Shown piece after piece: positions 1-9,810 of a DNA stretch of 64,000 nucleotides. Origin of the DNA: an uncultured Clostridia bacterium (lineage in GTDB: Bacteria > Bacillota > Clostridia > Christensenellales > UBA1242); assembly GCA_944372325.1 (NCBI GenBank), contig CALVYR010000002.1:11729-75728 (forward strand), given 5' to 3'. The notes below the pieces were generated by a model. It did not search any database. It worked only from the letters and a program-made list of their open reading frames with translations, and was not told the DNA's origin. The first letter of the stretch is position 1, and every line of letters starts with the position of its first letter. The translations under genes and the position numbers were made by a program.

Positions 1-84
1 TATAGTGAAAAAATTAATGAAATTTTAGATACATTAAAAATTTCTAAGGAGGAAAATTTTGAAACAGATAATAAAGAAGATTAA
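1..84 (+). CDS. 3' end of a CDS truncated by the window edge (rbfA-like position)
   Basis: Frame +1 is open from base 1 to TAA at 82-84 (..YSEKINEILDTLKISKEENFETDNKED*). It lies directly upstream of nrnA-truB, where rbfA usually sits. Too short to identify by sequence. Confidence 0.3.
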   Translation, partial: YSEKINEILDTLKISKEENFETDNKED

Positions 85-1000
85 GACTGCAAAGACAATT
101 GCGGTCTTTTGTCATTCAAAGCCTGATCCAGATGCATTAGGTTCTCTTTTTTCCTTGACTATAGGCTTAAAAAGTATTGGAAAAAATGTTGTTGCTGTTT
201 TAGAGGAAAATGTAAAGAAAAAATATGAGTTTATCTCTGGTGAGTATCAAACTACATTTCCAGAAAACTGTGATTTATATATAAGCGTGGATGTAGCTGC
301 TCCTCATATGCTAGGGAAGTTTGAGGAAAAATTTATGGCATTAGAAAACACTATAGAAATAGACCACCACTTCAATAGAACAAGTTCCGCAAAGTTAAGC
401 TATGTTGAGGGTAAAACTTCAAGTTGTTCTGAAATTGTTTACAGGCTTTTGAAAAAATTGCATGTGAAAATAGATGCAAGGCTTGCTACTATAGTTTATA
501 CAGGTCTTGCAGGAGATACGGGTTGTTTTTTGCATGAAAACACTACTGCTGAAAGCCATGTTATTGCTTCAGAATTAATAAATTATGGAGCAAAAATATT
601 TCAAGTAAACAGAAAACTTTTTAAATCTAACACAAAGGATAAATTAAAATTGATTAATTTAGCTTTAACCAAATTTGATTATTACAAAGATACATTACTT
701 GTTACCATTTCCTATGAAGATTTTAAAAGTATAGGGTATAACCCTGAGGATGGTGTAGATTTAATAGATTTTGTTTCTAGTATAGAGGGCGTGAATTTAA
801 CAGCTTTGCTAACTGAAAGAAAGCCTAATAATTGTTCAATATCTTTTAGAAGCTCTGAAAAATATGATGTTTCAAAATTGGCAGAACGCTTTGGTGGTGG
901 AGGACATGCTGGTGCATCAGGTTGCAAAGATATTTTGGCAAATGTAGGCGATGTTAAAAGTAGGCTTGTAAAAGAAATAAAAAGTTTTATTAAGGAATAG
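59..1000 (+). CDS. nrnA: DHH/DHHA1 phosphoesterase, NrnA-like oligoribonuclease/pAp phosphatase
   Basis: 313 aa with motifs HSKPDPDALGS, EIDHH and the DHHA1 motif GGGGHAGASG. TTG start 6 nt after AAGGAGG (46-52). Confidence 0.8.
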   Translation: MKQIIKKIKTAKTIAVFCHSKPDPDALGSLFSLTIGLKSIGKNVVAVLEENVKKKYEFISGEYQTTFPENCDLYISVDVAAPHMLGKFEEKFMALENTIEIDHHFNRTSSAKLSYVEGKTSSCSEIVYRLLKKLHVKIDARLATIVYTGLAGDTGCFLHENTTAESHVIASELINYGAKIFQVNRKLFKSNTKDKLKLINLALTKFDYYKDTLLVTISYEDFKSIGYNPEDGVDLIDFVSSIEGVNLTALLTERKPNNCSISFRSSEKYDVSKLAERFGGGGHAGASGCKDILANVGDVKSRLVKEIKSFIKE

Positions 1001-1007
1001 TAAAAAT

Positions 1008-1697
1008 ATGTTAGAAGAAGATGCTCTTTTAGTTTTAAATAAGCCTGTAAATATGTCATCTTTTTTGGCTGTAAAATTGGTGAAGAAAATACTAAATGCT
1101 AAAAAAGCTGGGCATATGGGGACATTAGATCCTTTGGCAGATGGTGTTTTGGTTATTGGTTTAAATAAAGCAACAAAACTTTTTGATAAATTTCTTAATT
1201 CTGATAAAGAGTACATAAGTATATTTAAATTTGGTGAAGAAACGGATACATTAGATCTAGGCGGTGAGGTTATAAAAAAAGATGATAAAGTAATAACTGC
1301 CAAGGAGCTTAAAGAAATTTTAAAAAAGTTTATAGGAAAACAAAATCAATTGCCTCCTCTATATTCTGCTAAAAAAGTAAATGGTAAAAGGGCTTGCGAT
1401 CTAGCAAGAAGTGGTAAAGAGGTAGAGTTAAAACCTAAAGAAATAGAAATTTATAACTTAGAGCTATTAGAAGAGCTGGGTGAGAATAAATTTAAAGTTA
1501 AAATTTCTTGTTCTAGTGGAACTTATGTTAGAGCAATTGTTAGAGATGTAGCTAAAGAATTAAACATATGTGGTATGACACTTGCAATAACACGCACAAA
1601 ATGTGGTGTACTATGCATTGAAAACTCATTTTCACTGGAAGATTTAAGAAATGGCAATTATAAACTAATAGATATGAAAGAATTTACAAAGGAGTAA
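1008..1697 (+). CDS. truB: tRNA pseudouridine(55) synthase TruB
   Basis: 229 aa with the GHMGTLDPLADGVL catalytic-Asp motif typical of TruB. Confidence 0.9.
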   Translation: MLEEDALLVLNKPVNMSSFLAVKLVKKILNAKKAGHMGTLDPLADGVLVIGLNKATKLFDKFLNSDKEYISIFKFGEETDTLDLGGEVIKKDDKVITAKELKEILKKFIGKQNQLPPLYSAKKVNGKRACDLARSGKEVELKPKEIEIYNLELLEELGENKFKVKISCSSGTYVRAIVRDVAKELNICGMTLAITRTKCGVLCIENSFSLEDLRNGNYKLIDMKEFTKE

Positions 1698-1699
1698 AC

Positions 1700-2560
1700 A
1701 TGATAAGGTTTGGACCGTCTGGTAATAGCAAGATCTTTTATGATGAAGGTAATAAGGCTTCCATTCAAGCACCTGCATGGTTAAAGTCTAAGGGGCTTTC
1801 TGCTTACGAGTATTCGTTTGGTAGAGGCTATAATATGACTAAAGAAACTGCTATTAAACTTGGTGAAGAAGCTAAGAAAAATGATATAACAATTAGTGCA
1901 CATGCACCTTTTTATATAAACTTTGCTAACCCGTCTGATGAAATGGCCGAGAAGTCGTTTATGTATGTTTTAACTGGGCTTAAATTTTTAGATTGGTTTA
2001 ATGGGGAACATTTAGTTGTTCATTTGGCTACTCAAGGAAAAATGCAAAGATTTGAAGCGTTAGAGCTTACTAAAAAGAGGCTAATTAATACTGTTGAAAG
2101 GTTAAAAGGCTTAGAATTAAATTTAGATAACAAATATATTTGTCCTGAAACAATGGGAAAGTTCTCACAAATAGGTTCAGCAGAAGAGATTATTGAATTT
2201 TGTACGCTAGATCCAATGCTTATCCCAACCTTTGATTTTGGTCATTTAAATTGCTTAAGCGCTGGAAGCTTTAAAAATAAGGATGCTTATAAAAAAGTTT
2301 TTGATCTATCTTTTGAAAAGCTTGGAGAATTTAAAACTAAGCATTGCCACATACATTTTTCAAAAATTCAATATTCTGACAAGGGTGAAATTAGACATTT
2401 AAATTTTGATGATGAACTATTTGGTCCTGATTTTCAGCCACTTGCAGAGGTGCTACTTGAATATAATTTGGAGCCTACAATAATTTGCGAATCTGCAGAT
2501 TTTATGGCTGAAGATGCTATAAAAATGTTAAATATTTATGAAAATGCAAAAAAACACTAG
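1700..2560 (+). CDS. Endonuclease IV-like (xylose isomerase-like TIM barrel) protein
   Basis: 286 aa. The pattern HAPFYINFA .. VVHLAT .. PETMGK .. FDFGHLN resembles the metal-ligand blocks of the Nfo/AP-endonuclease 2 family. Exact activity is not assignable. Confidence 0.5.
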   Translation: MIRFGPSGNSKIFYDEGNKASIQAPAWLKSKGLSAYEYSFGRGYNMTKETAIKLGEEAKKNDITISAHAPFYINFANPSDEMAEKSFMYVLTGLKFLDWFNGEHLVVHLATQGKMQRFEALELTKKRLINTVERLKGLELNLDNKYICPETMGKFSQIGSAEEIIEFCTLDPMLIPTFDFGHLNCLSAGSFKNKDAYKKVFDLSFEKLGEFKTKHCHIHFSKIQYSDKGEIRHLNFDDELFGPDFQPLAEVLLEYNLEPTIICESADFMAEDAIKMLNIYENAKKH

Positions 2561-2615
2561 ACAGATTTTTCTTTTTCGTTTATACTAAATTAGATTTTTA
2601 TTTTAAGGAGTTTTT

Positions 2616-3176
2616 ATGATAACAGCAGGAGATTTTCGTAAAGGTGTAACTTTTGAAATGGATGGTGCAATATATTTAGTTGTAGATTTCTTACATGTTA
2701 AACCAGGCAAAGGTTCACCATTTGTTAGGGCAAAAATTAAAAATATTGTTACAGGCCAAGTTCAAGAAAGAACTTTTAACCCATCAGACAAATTTAAGGT
2801 TGCAGTAATTGAAAAGAAAGAGATGCAATATCTTTATAACGAGGGTGGATTATATTATTTCATGGATATGGAAACATATGATCAAATTCCTCTTAACAAA
2901 TCACAAGTAGAAGATGCATTAAATTTTATTACTGAAAATATGATGGCAACTCTTCAATTTTATAATGGTGAAGCTTTCAGTGTTGAGCCACCAACCTTTG
3001 TTGAACTTACAGTAACCGAATGTGAACCTGGCATACAAGGCGATACTTCAAAAGCAGGTTATAAGCCAGCTAAACTTGAAACTGGATATACGCTTAGCGT
3101 TCCACTCTTTGTAAACCAAGGTGATAGAATTAGAGTTGATACTCGCGATGGCTCATATATGGAAAGAGTTAAATAA
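2616..3176 (+). CDS. efp: Translation elongation factor P
   Basis: 186 aa starting [17 protein letters not shown], with KPGKG containing the modified-Lys loop. AAGGAG RBS. Confidence 0.95.
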   Translation: MITAGDFRKGVTFEMDGAIYLVVDFLHVKPGKGSPFVRAKIKNIVTGQVQERTFNPSDKFKVAVIEKKEMQYLYNEGGLYYFMDMETYDQIPLNKSQVEDALNFITENMMATLQFYNGEAFSVEPPTFVELTVTECEPGIQGDTSKAGYKPAKLETGYTLSVPLFVNQGDRIRVDTRDGSYMERVK

Positions 3177-3190
3177 TTAATAAAATGTCA

Positions 3191-3229
3191 AAAAATACAA
3201 TATCTTCGGGTATTGTATTTTTTTTTGCG
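3191..3229 (+). terminator. Intrinsic terminator after efp
   Basis: Stem AATACAATATC/GGTATTGTATT with a TTCG loop, followed by a run of 9 T. Confidence 0.75.
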
Positions 3230-3283
3230 CTTTTGTTATGTATAAGCATTTTGCAAAATAATTTACTTCAAAAGAGGTGAATT

Positions 3284-4192
3284 ATGCTTAGTGATGTTTT
3301 AGGAGAAAAATTATATTTGATTATTACTACAAAGTTTAACTTTGGCTTTTTAAATGAACTCAGATTAAGGGTGAATAAGCCTATTGTTGCTTTTGTAAAA
3401 GGACAAGCTTATTTTCTAGGAAATAACGGGCTTGTAACTTCTGAAGAGAACGCTATAATTGCTACAAAGCAAATGATAGAGGATATCATTTTTCGTGCAA
3501 GTGAATTTTCTGTCTATTCAATAAACGAAGAATTAAAGAAGGGTTTTATAGTTTTAAAAGGCGGTGAAAGGTTAGGTATTTCTGGAACCTTAGTTTGTGA
3601 AAATGGTCAAGTGAAAACTTTAAATAACTTTACAAGCATAAACATTAGAATACCTCATGAAATAAAAAATTGTTCCTTAGATGCTTTCTCTTTTTTAGTG
3701 GATGAAGATGGAGTAAAGAACACTCTTATCATTTCTCCACCAGGAGCTGGAAAAACAACTTTTATAAGAGATTTTGTTAATCAACTCTCAATTAGAAATT
3801 TATCCTATAATGTTTTGATCATAGATGAGAGGGGAGAGATTGCTGGAGATAATTGTGAACTTAGCGTTGGAAAATTTGCTGATGTTCTTTCCTTTAGCGA
3901 CAAAAAAACAGGATTTATGCAAGGTATCCGCGCAATGAATCCACATATTATTGTCACGGATGAAATAGGCGGAGAAGAGGATGTTAAAGCGGTAAAATAT
4001 GCAGGAAATTGTGGCGTAAAAGTTATTGCTACAATTCATGCTGGGAGCTTAGAAGAATTAAAGGCCAAAGATGGTTTTACAGATTTAAAAAACACCTTTG
4101 AAAGATATGTTCTTTTATCTAAAAGAAATGGTCCAGGAACTATAGAAGGCGTTTATAGTGAAAATTTTTCTCGTTTAGCCATTTGGAGGTAA
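3284..4192 (+). CDS. spoIIIAA: Stage III sporulation protein AA (ATPase)
   Basis: 302 aa with Walker A PPGAGKTT. First gene of an 8-gene cluster with spoIIIA order and sizes. AGAGGTG RBS. Confidence 0.85.
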   Translation: MLSDVLGEKLYLIITTKFNFGFLNELRLRVNKPIVAFVKGQAYFLGNNGLVTSEENAIIATKQMIEDIIFRASEFSVYSINEELKKGFIVLKGGERLGISGTLVCENGQVKTLNNFTSINIRIPHEIKNCSLDAFSFLVDEDGVKNTLIISPPGAGKTTFIRDFVNQLSIRNLSYNVLIIDERGEIAGDNCELSVGKFADVLSFSDKKTGFMQGIRAMNPHIIVTDEIGGEEDVKAVKYAGNCGVKVIATIHAGSLEELKAKDGFTDLKNTFERYVLLSKRNGPGTIEGVYSENFSRLAIWR

Positions 4193-4194
4193 AT

Positions 4195-4686
4195 ATGAAA
4201 TTTGTTCTACTAGGCGTTATAGTTTTCATTTGCGGTTATATTGGCTATGGACTTTCTAGATATTATTTTTCTAGAGTAAAACTTTTTATGAGTTTGATAA
4301 ATTTTACAGAAAAACTAGATACAGATATAAACTTTGGGAAAGCAAAACTTTTAAAAATTATTGAAGATTTTAAATGTGAAAGTAAAGATTTAAAAAAGAT
4401 TTTAAATGGTTACATCTTGTGTTTAAATGAGGGTAAATCTTGCACAGAAGACATGGTTTTTAAAGATATAAAAATTCTTAAAGATGAAGAAAAGAATGTT
4501 ATTTTAAACTTCCTTTTAGAGCTGGGAAAACTTGATGTTTTTAATCAGACAAAACAGATAGAAAACAGCAAGCTTAGGTTTAAAGAAATTCTTGAAGGAT
4601 GCAATGAAGAAAAAAAGAAATATGGAAATCTCTATTTAAAGCTAGGAATAATCTTGGGGTTACTTATTGCTTTAATTTTATTTTAG
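4195..4686 (+). CDS. spoIIIAB: Stage III sporulation protein AB
   Basis: N-terminal TM helix followed by a soluble helical domain; second position in the cluster. I prefer ATG 4195 (5 nt after GGAGG 4185-4189) over the ORF-track TTG at 4183. Confidence 0.7.
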   Translation: MKFVLLGVIVFICGYIGYGLSRYYFSRVKLFMSLINFTEKLDTDINFGKAKLLKIIEDFKCESKDLKKILNGYILCLNEGKSCTEDMVFKDIKILKDEEKNVILNFLLELGKLDVFNQTKQIENSKLRFKEILEGCNEEKKKYGNLYLKLGIILGLLIALILF

Positions 4687-4696
4687 GAGGTGAATT

Positions 4697-4891
4697 ATGG
4701 GAATAGACATCATCTTTAAAATAGCTGCTGTTGGTATTTTAACAGCAGTAGTAGGGCAAGTGTTAAAACACACAGGTAAAGATGAAATAGCCATGATTAC
4801 AACTTTGGCGGGGCTTATAATAGCACTTTTAATGGTTCTAGATTTGATAGTGCAACTTTTTGATACTGTTAAAACACTTTTTAACTTTTAA
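4697..4891 (+). CDS. spoIIIAC: Stage III sporulation protein AC
   Basis: 64-aa two-TM hairpin protein in third position. GGAGGTG RBS. Confidence 0.75.
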   Translation: MGIDIIFKIAAVGILTAVVGQVLKHTGKDEIAMITTLAGLIIALLMVLDLIVQLFDTVKTLFNF

Positions 4892-4899
4892 AGGAGATT

Positions 4900-5283
4900 A
4901 TGGAACTATTTAAAATTGTGGGTATAGGGCTTATCACTTGCATTGCATGCTTAATAGTAAGACAGGTAAAACCTGATGTAGCGTCTATTATTATGATAGC
5001 AGGTGGGGTAGTAATACTTTTGATGGTCGTCGATTATGTCGCCCAAATTTTTGATGTGTTCAAGGTTATAATAGATAAAACTGGTCTTACTTCTAATTTA
5101 TTTAGTATTGTTTTAAAAATAGTTGGCGTAGGCTATCTTACTGAGTTTGCTGCAAACATTTGTTCAGACACTGGTTGTAATAGTTTGGCAGATAAAATTT
5201 TGCTGGCTGGGAAAATTTTGATCTTAGTTATGAGTCTTCCTATTGTTACAAATATTGTTGAAATTGTGGTGGGCTTGCTATGA
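4900..5283 (+). CDS. spoIIIAD: Stage III sporulation protein AD
   Basis: 127-aa polytopic membrane protein in fourth position; size and topology fit SpoIIIAD. Confidence 0.75.
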   Translation: MELFKIVGIGLITCIACLIVRQVKPDVASIIMIAGGVVILLMVVDYVAQIFDVFKVIIDKTGLTSNLFSIVLKIVGVGYLTEFAANICSDTGCNSLADKILLAGKILILVMSLPIVTNIVEIVVGLL

Positions 5284-6467
5284 AGAAGTTGATAATTATT
5301 CTAGGTATAGTTTTTATATTTTCCTTGCCTTTGTTTAGTTATTCTGGAGTTGCATATGCAGACACTTCAGAGGAAGAACTTATAGATCAAATTGAGGAAA
5401 GCGTTAATGGTCAGCTAGAAGATCTTGACTTAAGCGGGCTTGAAAGCATTTTAAATAATTTAAACAAAGAGCAAAGTGAAATGTTTGGCTCTGGAACATT
5501 TATAGAAAAATTGCAGAGCATTTTAAGTGGAGAATTTTCAGACAATGCGGGAAGTGTTTGGGAAGCTATACTTGGACTTATTTTTGATGAACTTTTAAAT
5601 TTCTTACCACTAATTGCTACAATAATTGCTGTTGCAATACTTTCTGGTATGATTGGGGATTTAAGGGGAGCAAATTCTAAATCGATTGCAGACATAACGC
5701 ATTTTGTGTGCTATGGTGTGATAATTATTCTAGTAGTGAGTGCTTGCACGAGCATTTTAACTTTAACCTCAAACACCTTGCAGGGGCTTAAAAATCAAAT
5801 AGATGTAGCTTTTCCAATTTTGTTAACAATCTTAACTGCTATAGGTGGTACAAGTTCTGTAAGTGTATATCAACCAGCGGTAGCGCTATTTTCAGGAACT
5901 ATAATGCAGATATTTACATTAGTTCTAATGCCATTATTTATATTTTCTTTGGTGTTTACTGTAATTTCTAATCTGTCATCATCTGTAAAACTAGAAAAAT
6001 TTTCAAGTTTTTTTAATAGCCTTTTTAAATGGATAACTGGCGCGGTTTTTACAATTTTTATGGGCTTTTTAATTATTCAAGGAATAACAGCAGGGAGTTT
6101 AGATACTGTATCTATCAGAACAGCCAAATATGCTATAAGAAGCTATATTCCTATTCTTGGTGGCTATCTTTCTGAAGGTTTCAATGTTATTATGGCAAGT
6201 TCAATACTCATTAAAAATGCTATTGGTGCAAGCGGGCTTTTACTTATGTTTTCTAGTGTTATAGTCCCAGTGGTGGAAATTGTTCTTTTAATGCTATGCT
6301 TAAAATTAACTGCAGGAATTTTAGAGCCTCTTACAGATAGTAGAATTTCTAATTTTATAAGTGGAGTGGCAAAAAGTTTGATAATGCCAATTGTACTTAT
6401 AATTGGGGTGGCTTTTATGTATCTAATTTTTATGGGACTTATAATTTGTACAGGTAATTTTATATAG
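5280..6467 (+). CDS. spoIIIAE: Stage III sporulation protein AE
   Basis: 395 aa: signal peptide, acidic soluble segment, then multiple TM helices. ATGA overlap with the upstream gene. Confidence 0.8.
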   Translation: MKKLIIILGIVFIFSLPLFSYSGVAYADTSEEELIDQIEESVNGQLEDLDLSGLESILNNLNKEQSEMFGSGTFIEKLQSILSGEFSDNAGSVWEAILGLIFDELLNFLPLIATIIAVAILSGMIGDLRGANSKSIADITHFVCYGVIIILVVSACTSILTLTSNTLQGLKNQIDVAFPILLTILTAIGGTSSVSVYQPAVALFSGTIMQIFTLVLMPLFIFSLVFTVISNLSSSVKLEKFSSFFNSLFKWITGAVFTIFMGFLIIQGITAGSLDTVSIRTAKYAIRSYIPILGGYLSEGFNVIMASSILIKNAIGASGLLLMFSSVIVPVVEIVLLMLCLKLTAGILEPLTDSRISNFISGVAKSLIMPIVLIIGVAFMYLIFMGLIICTGNFI

Positions 6468-6475
6468 GAGGTAAA

Positions 6476-6952
6476 ATGACAGGTTGGATATTGTCTATAG
6501 CTGGTGTTACAATTCTTTCTGTACTTGTTGACTTAATAATGCCAAATGGACAGACTGCAAAATATATAAAAAATGTCTTTGCCTTCATGATGATTTTGGT
6601 AATAATTTCACCCTTGCCATCACTATTAAAAGGGAACTTTGATATTGGTGATATATTTCAAAATGAAGAGATAGTAATTCAGGAAGATTTTGTATATCAG
6701 GTGAATAGAGATAAACTAACTGCGCTAGAAGATAGTATCAATAAGACTCTGGAAGAAGAGGGGCTAAAAAATGTTATTGTTACTATTAACGCGGACATTT
6801 TTCAGATAGAGATGCAAATAAAAGAAATTAATGTCGATTTATCTGATTTAGTAATAGATGGAAATTCTGGACATATAGATATAGAGAAAGCGATAACAGA
6901 TATAATCGTTGAGCTTGTCGGAGAGGAGGTGATTATCATTTTCAATGAGTAG
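6476..6952 (+). CDS. spoIIIAF: Stage III sporulation protein AF
   Basis: 158 aa with two N-terminal TM helices and a soluble C-domain; sixth position. AGGAGG RBS. Confidence 0.65.
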   Translation: MTGWILSIAGVTILSVLVDLIMPNGQTAKYIKNVFAFMMILVIISPLPSLLKGNFDIGDIFQNEEIVIQEDFVYQVNRDKLTALEDSINKTLEEEGLKNVIVTINADIFQIEMQIKEINVDLSDLVIDGNSGHIDIEKAITDIIVELVGEEVIIIFNE

Positions 6953-7346
6953 CTTTTTTGAAAAAATTTTTAAAAAACTTAAAAGTATAAAGCATATTGA
7001 AATTATAGTCGCCGTGCTATTTGGTATAATACTTCTAACTTTGTATTTAACAACTATTAATAACGGAAATGCTTATAATGAATCGTCTGGAACAGGTTAT
7101 GCTTTTGAAGTTGAAAGTAGGTTAAGTAATGTGCTTTCTCAAATTGACGGTGCAGGCAATGTTGAAGTAATGGTTATGCTTGAAGAAGGTTCTGAGTTAA
7201 ATAGTGAAGTGGTACCAAAAGTAAATTCCGTTATAGTTGTGGCGGGCGGAGCAAAAGATTATAAAGTTAAGCTTGAAATTTTAAAGGCGTGTGAAGCCTT
7301 ACTAAATTTACCTACTACTAATATTGAAGTATTAGTTGGGAAATAA
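6945..7346 (+). CDS. spoIIIAG: Stage III sporulation protein AG (unusually short)
   Basis: 133 aa. One TM helix, then a ring-building-like core (LSNVLSQIDGAGNVEVMVML .. VIVVAGGA .. IEVLVGK); seventh position. Confidence 0.55.
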   Translation: MSSFFEKIFKKLKSIKHIEIIVAVLFGIILLTLYLTTINNGNAYNESSGTGYAFEVESRLSNVLSQIDGAGNVEVMVMLEEGSELNSEVVPKVNSVIVVAGGAKDYKVKLEILKACEALLNLPTTNIEVLVGK

Positions 7347-7363
7347 AAATAAAGGAGTGTGTT

Positions 7364-7837
7364 ATGTTAAAAAAGAGGACAAAGATTATTATTTTGGTTG
7401 CGATGGTTGTTTTATTAGGGGTTACTGGATATTTAAACATTGCTTTAAACAATAGGGTTGTTGATGCGGGAGCAAATACTATAACTTCATATAATTATTT
7501 CGATAGTTATAGAACGGATAGAGCTCTTGAAAGGGAAGAGATGATTGCAGAATATGATGCAATTTTAGCAAGTGCAGATTCTAGTGAAGAGGCTAAATTA
7601 AACGCTGAAAATGCAAAACAGGCATTAATTGAAAAAATGGAAGCAGATTTAGCTTTAGAGTATTCTATAAAAGCTTTAGGATACGCAGATGCAGTAGTAA
7701 CAACCTCCACTAATTATATTAATGTAATAGTTAAATCTGGTGAAATGACTGTTACACAAGCAAACCAAATACAAAAATTGGTTTACGATTCCACAGATTA
7801 TAATTACAATCAAATTAAAGTAATTCCAGTAGAATAA
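7364..7837 (+). CDS. spoIIIAH: Stage III sporulation protein AH
   Basis: 157 aa. N-terminal TM anchor and a C-terminal YscJ/FliF-like domain ending NQIKVIPVE; eighth position. AAGGAG RBS. Confidence 0.6.
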   Translation: MLKKRTKIIILVAMVVLLGVTGYLNIALNNRVVDAGANTITSYNYFDSYRTDRALEREEMIAEYDAILASADSSEEAKLNAENAKQALIEKMEADLALEYSIKALGYADAVVTTSTNYINVIVKSGEMTVTQANQIQKLVYDSTDYNYNQIKVIPVE

Positions 7838-7868
7838 AAATTGAGGCTTTAAGCCTCATTTTTATTTT
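7838..7868 (+). terminator. Intrinsic terminator after the spoIIIA operon
   Basis: GAGGC/GCCTC stem (7843-7857) followed by a T-rich tract. Confidence 0.65.
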
Positions 7869-7875
7869 AAAACAC

Positions 7876-7905
7876 TTGATTAAAATTTTTTGAATATGCT
7901 ATAAT
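7876..7905 (+). promoter_or_regulatory. SigmaA-type promoter for asp23-nusB-xseAB
   Basis: TTGATT (7876-7881), 18-nt spacer, extended -10 TGcTATAAT (7897-7905). Confidence 0.5.
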
Positions 7906-7922
7906 CATAACAAGGAGATTTT

Positions 7923-8294
7923 ATGGCAGAGATTAAAAAAGATTATACAAACAAAGGCAAAATTACATGTAATAAGAATATTTTACTTTCTATAATAAAT
8001 CTTGCCACAAAGGAAATTAGTGGAGTGGCTTCTCTTACTAATAAGTTTAAAAACCCAATTGCAAAACTTTTTTCTAAAAAAGATTTTGATGGCGTGCGTG
8101 TTAATTTCGATCAAAATGATGGGCTTTTAATTGATATTTATATAAAAGTTTACAATGGTTTTAGCATACCAGATATAGCTTATAGAGTTCAAGAAAATGT
8201 TAAAAACAACATAGCTTCTATGGTTGATATGAGAGCTTCTAAAGTGAATGTCCATGTTGTAGATGTAGAGTTTAAGGAAGAGGTAGCTATTTAG
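7923..8294 (+). CDS. Asp23/Gls24 family envelope stress (alkaline shock) protein
   Basis: 123 aa. The N-terminal ILLSIINLATKEISGVASL segment and overall size are typical of Asp23/DUF322 proteins. Confidence 0.75.
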   Translation: MAEIKKDYTNKGKITCNKNILLSIINLATKEISGVASLTNKFKNPIAKLFSKKDFDGVRVNFDQNDGLLIDIYIKVYNGFSIPDIAYRVQENVKNNIASMVDMRASKVNVHVVDVEFKEEVAI

Positions 8295-8303
8295 GGGGAT
8301 AAG

Positions 8304-8696
8304 ATGCGTACAGATGCGCGCGAGTTTGCTTTTAAAATGATTTTTGAAAAACTTTTTAAAGACGGAGATGAAACTCTGTCTTTTAATGCTATAAGCGAGG
8401 ATAAAGCTTTAAATGAAGTTGATCTAAAGTTTTATGAAGAGCTTTTTAATTCTTTTAAGGAAAATCAAGATGAAATTGAGGCGATAATAAAAAGTAATTG
8501 TGAGGGCTATGATTTAGATAGAATCTATAAGGTAGATTTAGCCCTTTTATATCTTGCTGCAGTTGAACTTAAATTTATTAAAACGCCTCCTCAAGTAGTA
8601 ATAAATGAGGTTTTAAATATTTCTAAAAAATATTCTACAGACAAAAGTGGAGGTTTTATAAACGGCGTGCTTAGTAAGGTTGTAAAAGTTTTATGA
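8304..8696 (+). CDS. nusB: Transcription antitermination factor NusB
   Basis: 130 aa starting RTDAREFAFKMIFE and ending with a FINGVL motif; upstream of xseA as in other Firmicutes. Confidence 0.85.
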   Translation: MRTDAREFAFKMIFEKLFKDGDETLSFNAISEDKALNEVDLKFYEELFNSFKENQDEIEAIIKSNCEGYDLDRIYKVDLALLYLAAVELKFIKTPPQVVINEVLNISKKYSTDKSGGFINGVLSKVVKVL

Positions 8697-9805
8697 TAGA
8701 AGAAAAGGCAATTTCTGTTACGCAGATTTCAACATATTTTAAACAAATCTTTGATGCAGAGGAACTTCTTCAAAATATAAGTGTTTTTGGAGAGGTTTCT
8801 GATTTTTCTATTTCTAGAGGTATTGCTTATTTTAGCCTAAAAGATGAAAATGCACTTTTATCCTGTGTATGTTTTGATAGTAATAGTTTAAGTTCAGTTA
8901 GAAATGGTGATATGGTTATTGTTAAAGGTTCGCCTAGATATTATGTTAAGGGTGGAAGGCTTAACTTTAATGTAACTAAAATAACTCCATATGGAATGGG
9001 AAATTTATTTGAACAGTTTTTAAAACTTAAACAAACTTTAGAAGAAGAGGGCCTTTTTGATACAAAATATAAAAAGCTGATTGATCCTAAAAAAATAAAG
9101 AGGATAGGTGTAGTCACCTCGGAAACAGGAGCTGTAATACAAGATATTATCAATATCACTAAAAGAAGAAACCCAAATGTAGACATAGTTTTGTATCCTG
9201 TAAAGGTTCAAGGGGCTATGGCTGAACTTGATATTGTGAAGGGCATAAAATTTTTTTCTGATTATGATGATATAGATGTGGTTATAGTGGCTAGAGGAGG
9301 TGGTTCACTAGAAGATCTTCAACCTTTCAACACAGAAGTTGTGGCTAGGGCGGTATTTGCTTCTAATAAGCCAATTGTTTCTGCTGTTGGCCATGAAACG
9401 GACTTTACCATTATTGATTTTGTATCTGATCTAAGAGCCCCAACGCCTAGTGCTGCAGCTGAATTAGTAACTGAAAATATAATGTCTAAAAAATATAGTT
9501 TGCAGGATAAAATTTTTAGGCTTATTAGGGCTGTAGAAAATATACTTTACATTTCTAAAACTAAAATTTCGCATGATATTAAAAGCTTATATAGAATATC
9601 TGAAAGCTTTTTAAATGAAAGAGAATATATGCTATCTTTAAAACAGGCAAAGCTAACAAAACTAAGCCCACTAGAAATAATGAAGCTTGGATATGCTAAG
9701 GTTAGTAAGGGAGATAGTGTAGTAGTAAGCGTAAATGATACAGTTCAGGGTGATGAGTTAGAACTTCAGTTTATAGATGGAAAAATAAAAGTAGTAAGGA
9801 GATAA
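8693..9805 (+). CDS. xseA: Exodeoxyribonuclease VII large subunit
   Basis: 370 aa with an N-terminal OB-fold, then VARGGGSLEDL and HETDFTI motifs. Confidence 0.9.
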   Translation: MIEEKAISVTQISTYFKQIFDAEELLQNISVFGEVSDFSISRGIAYFSLKDENALLSCVCFDSNSLSSVRNGDMVIVKGSPRYYVKGGRLNFNVTKITPYGMGNLFEQFLKLKQTLEEEGLFDTKYKKLIDPKKIKRIGVVTSETGAVIQDIINITKRRNPNVDIVLYPVKVQGAMAELDIVKGIKFFSDYDDIDVVIVARGGGSLEDLQPFNTEVVARAVFASNKPIVSAVGHETDFTIIDFVSDLRAPTPSAAAELVTENIMSKKYSLQDKIFRLIRAVENILYISKTKISHDIKSLYRISESFLNEREYMLSLKQAKLTKLSPLEIMKLGYAKVSKGDSVVVSVNDTVQGDELELQFIDGKIKVVRR

Positions 9806-9810
9806 GTGTT

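Noticed and set aside
712-1303. Antisense ORFs from the track (712-1059 and 917-1303 on the - strand, and similar ones such as 3800-4039, 5411-5695, 12930-13289, 34859-35500, 43910-44254 and 59442-59771).
   Set aside because: All lie entirely inside and opposite to strongly supported genes. They have Ser/Leu/Phe-rich low-complexity translations typical of the antisense frame of AT-rich genes, and they lack an SD.
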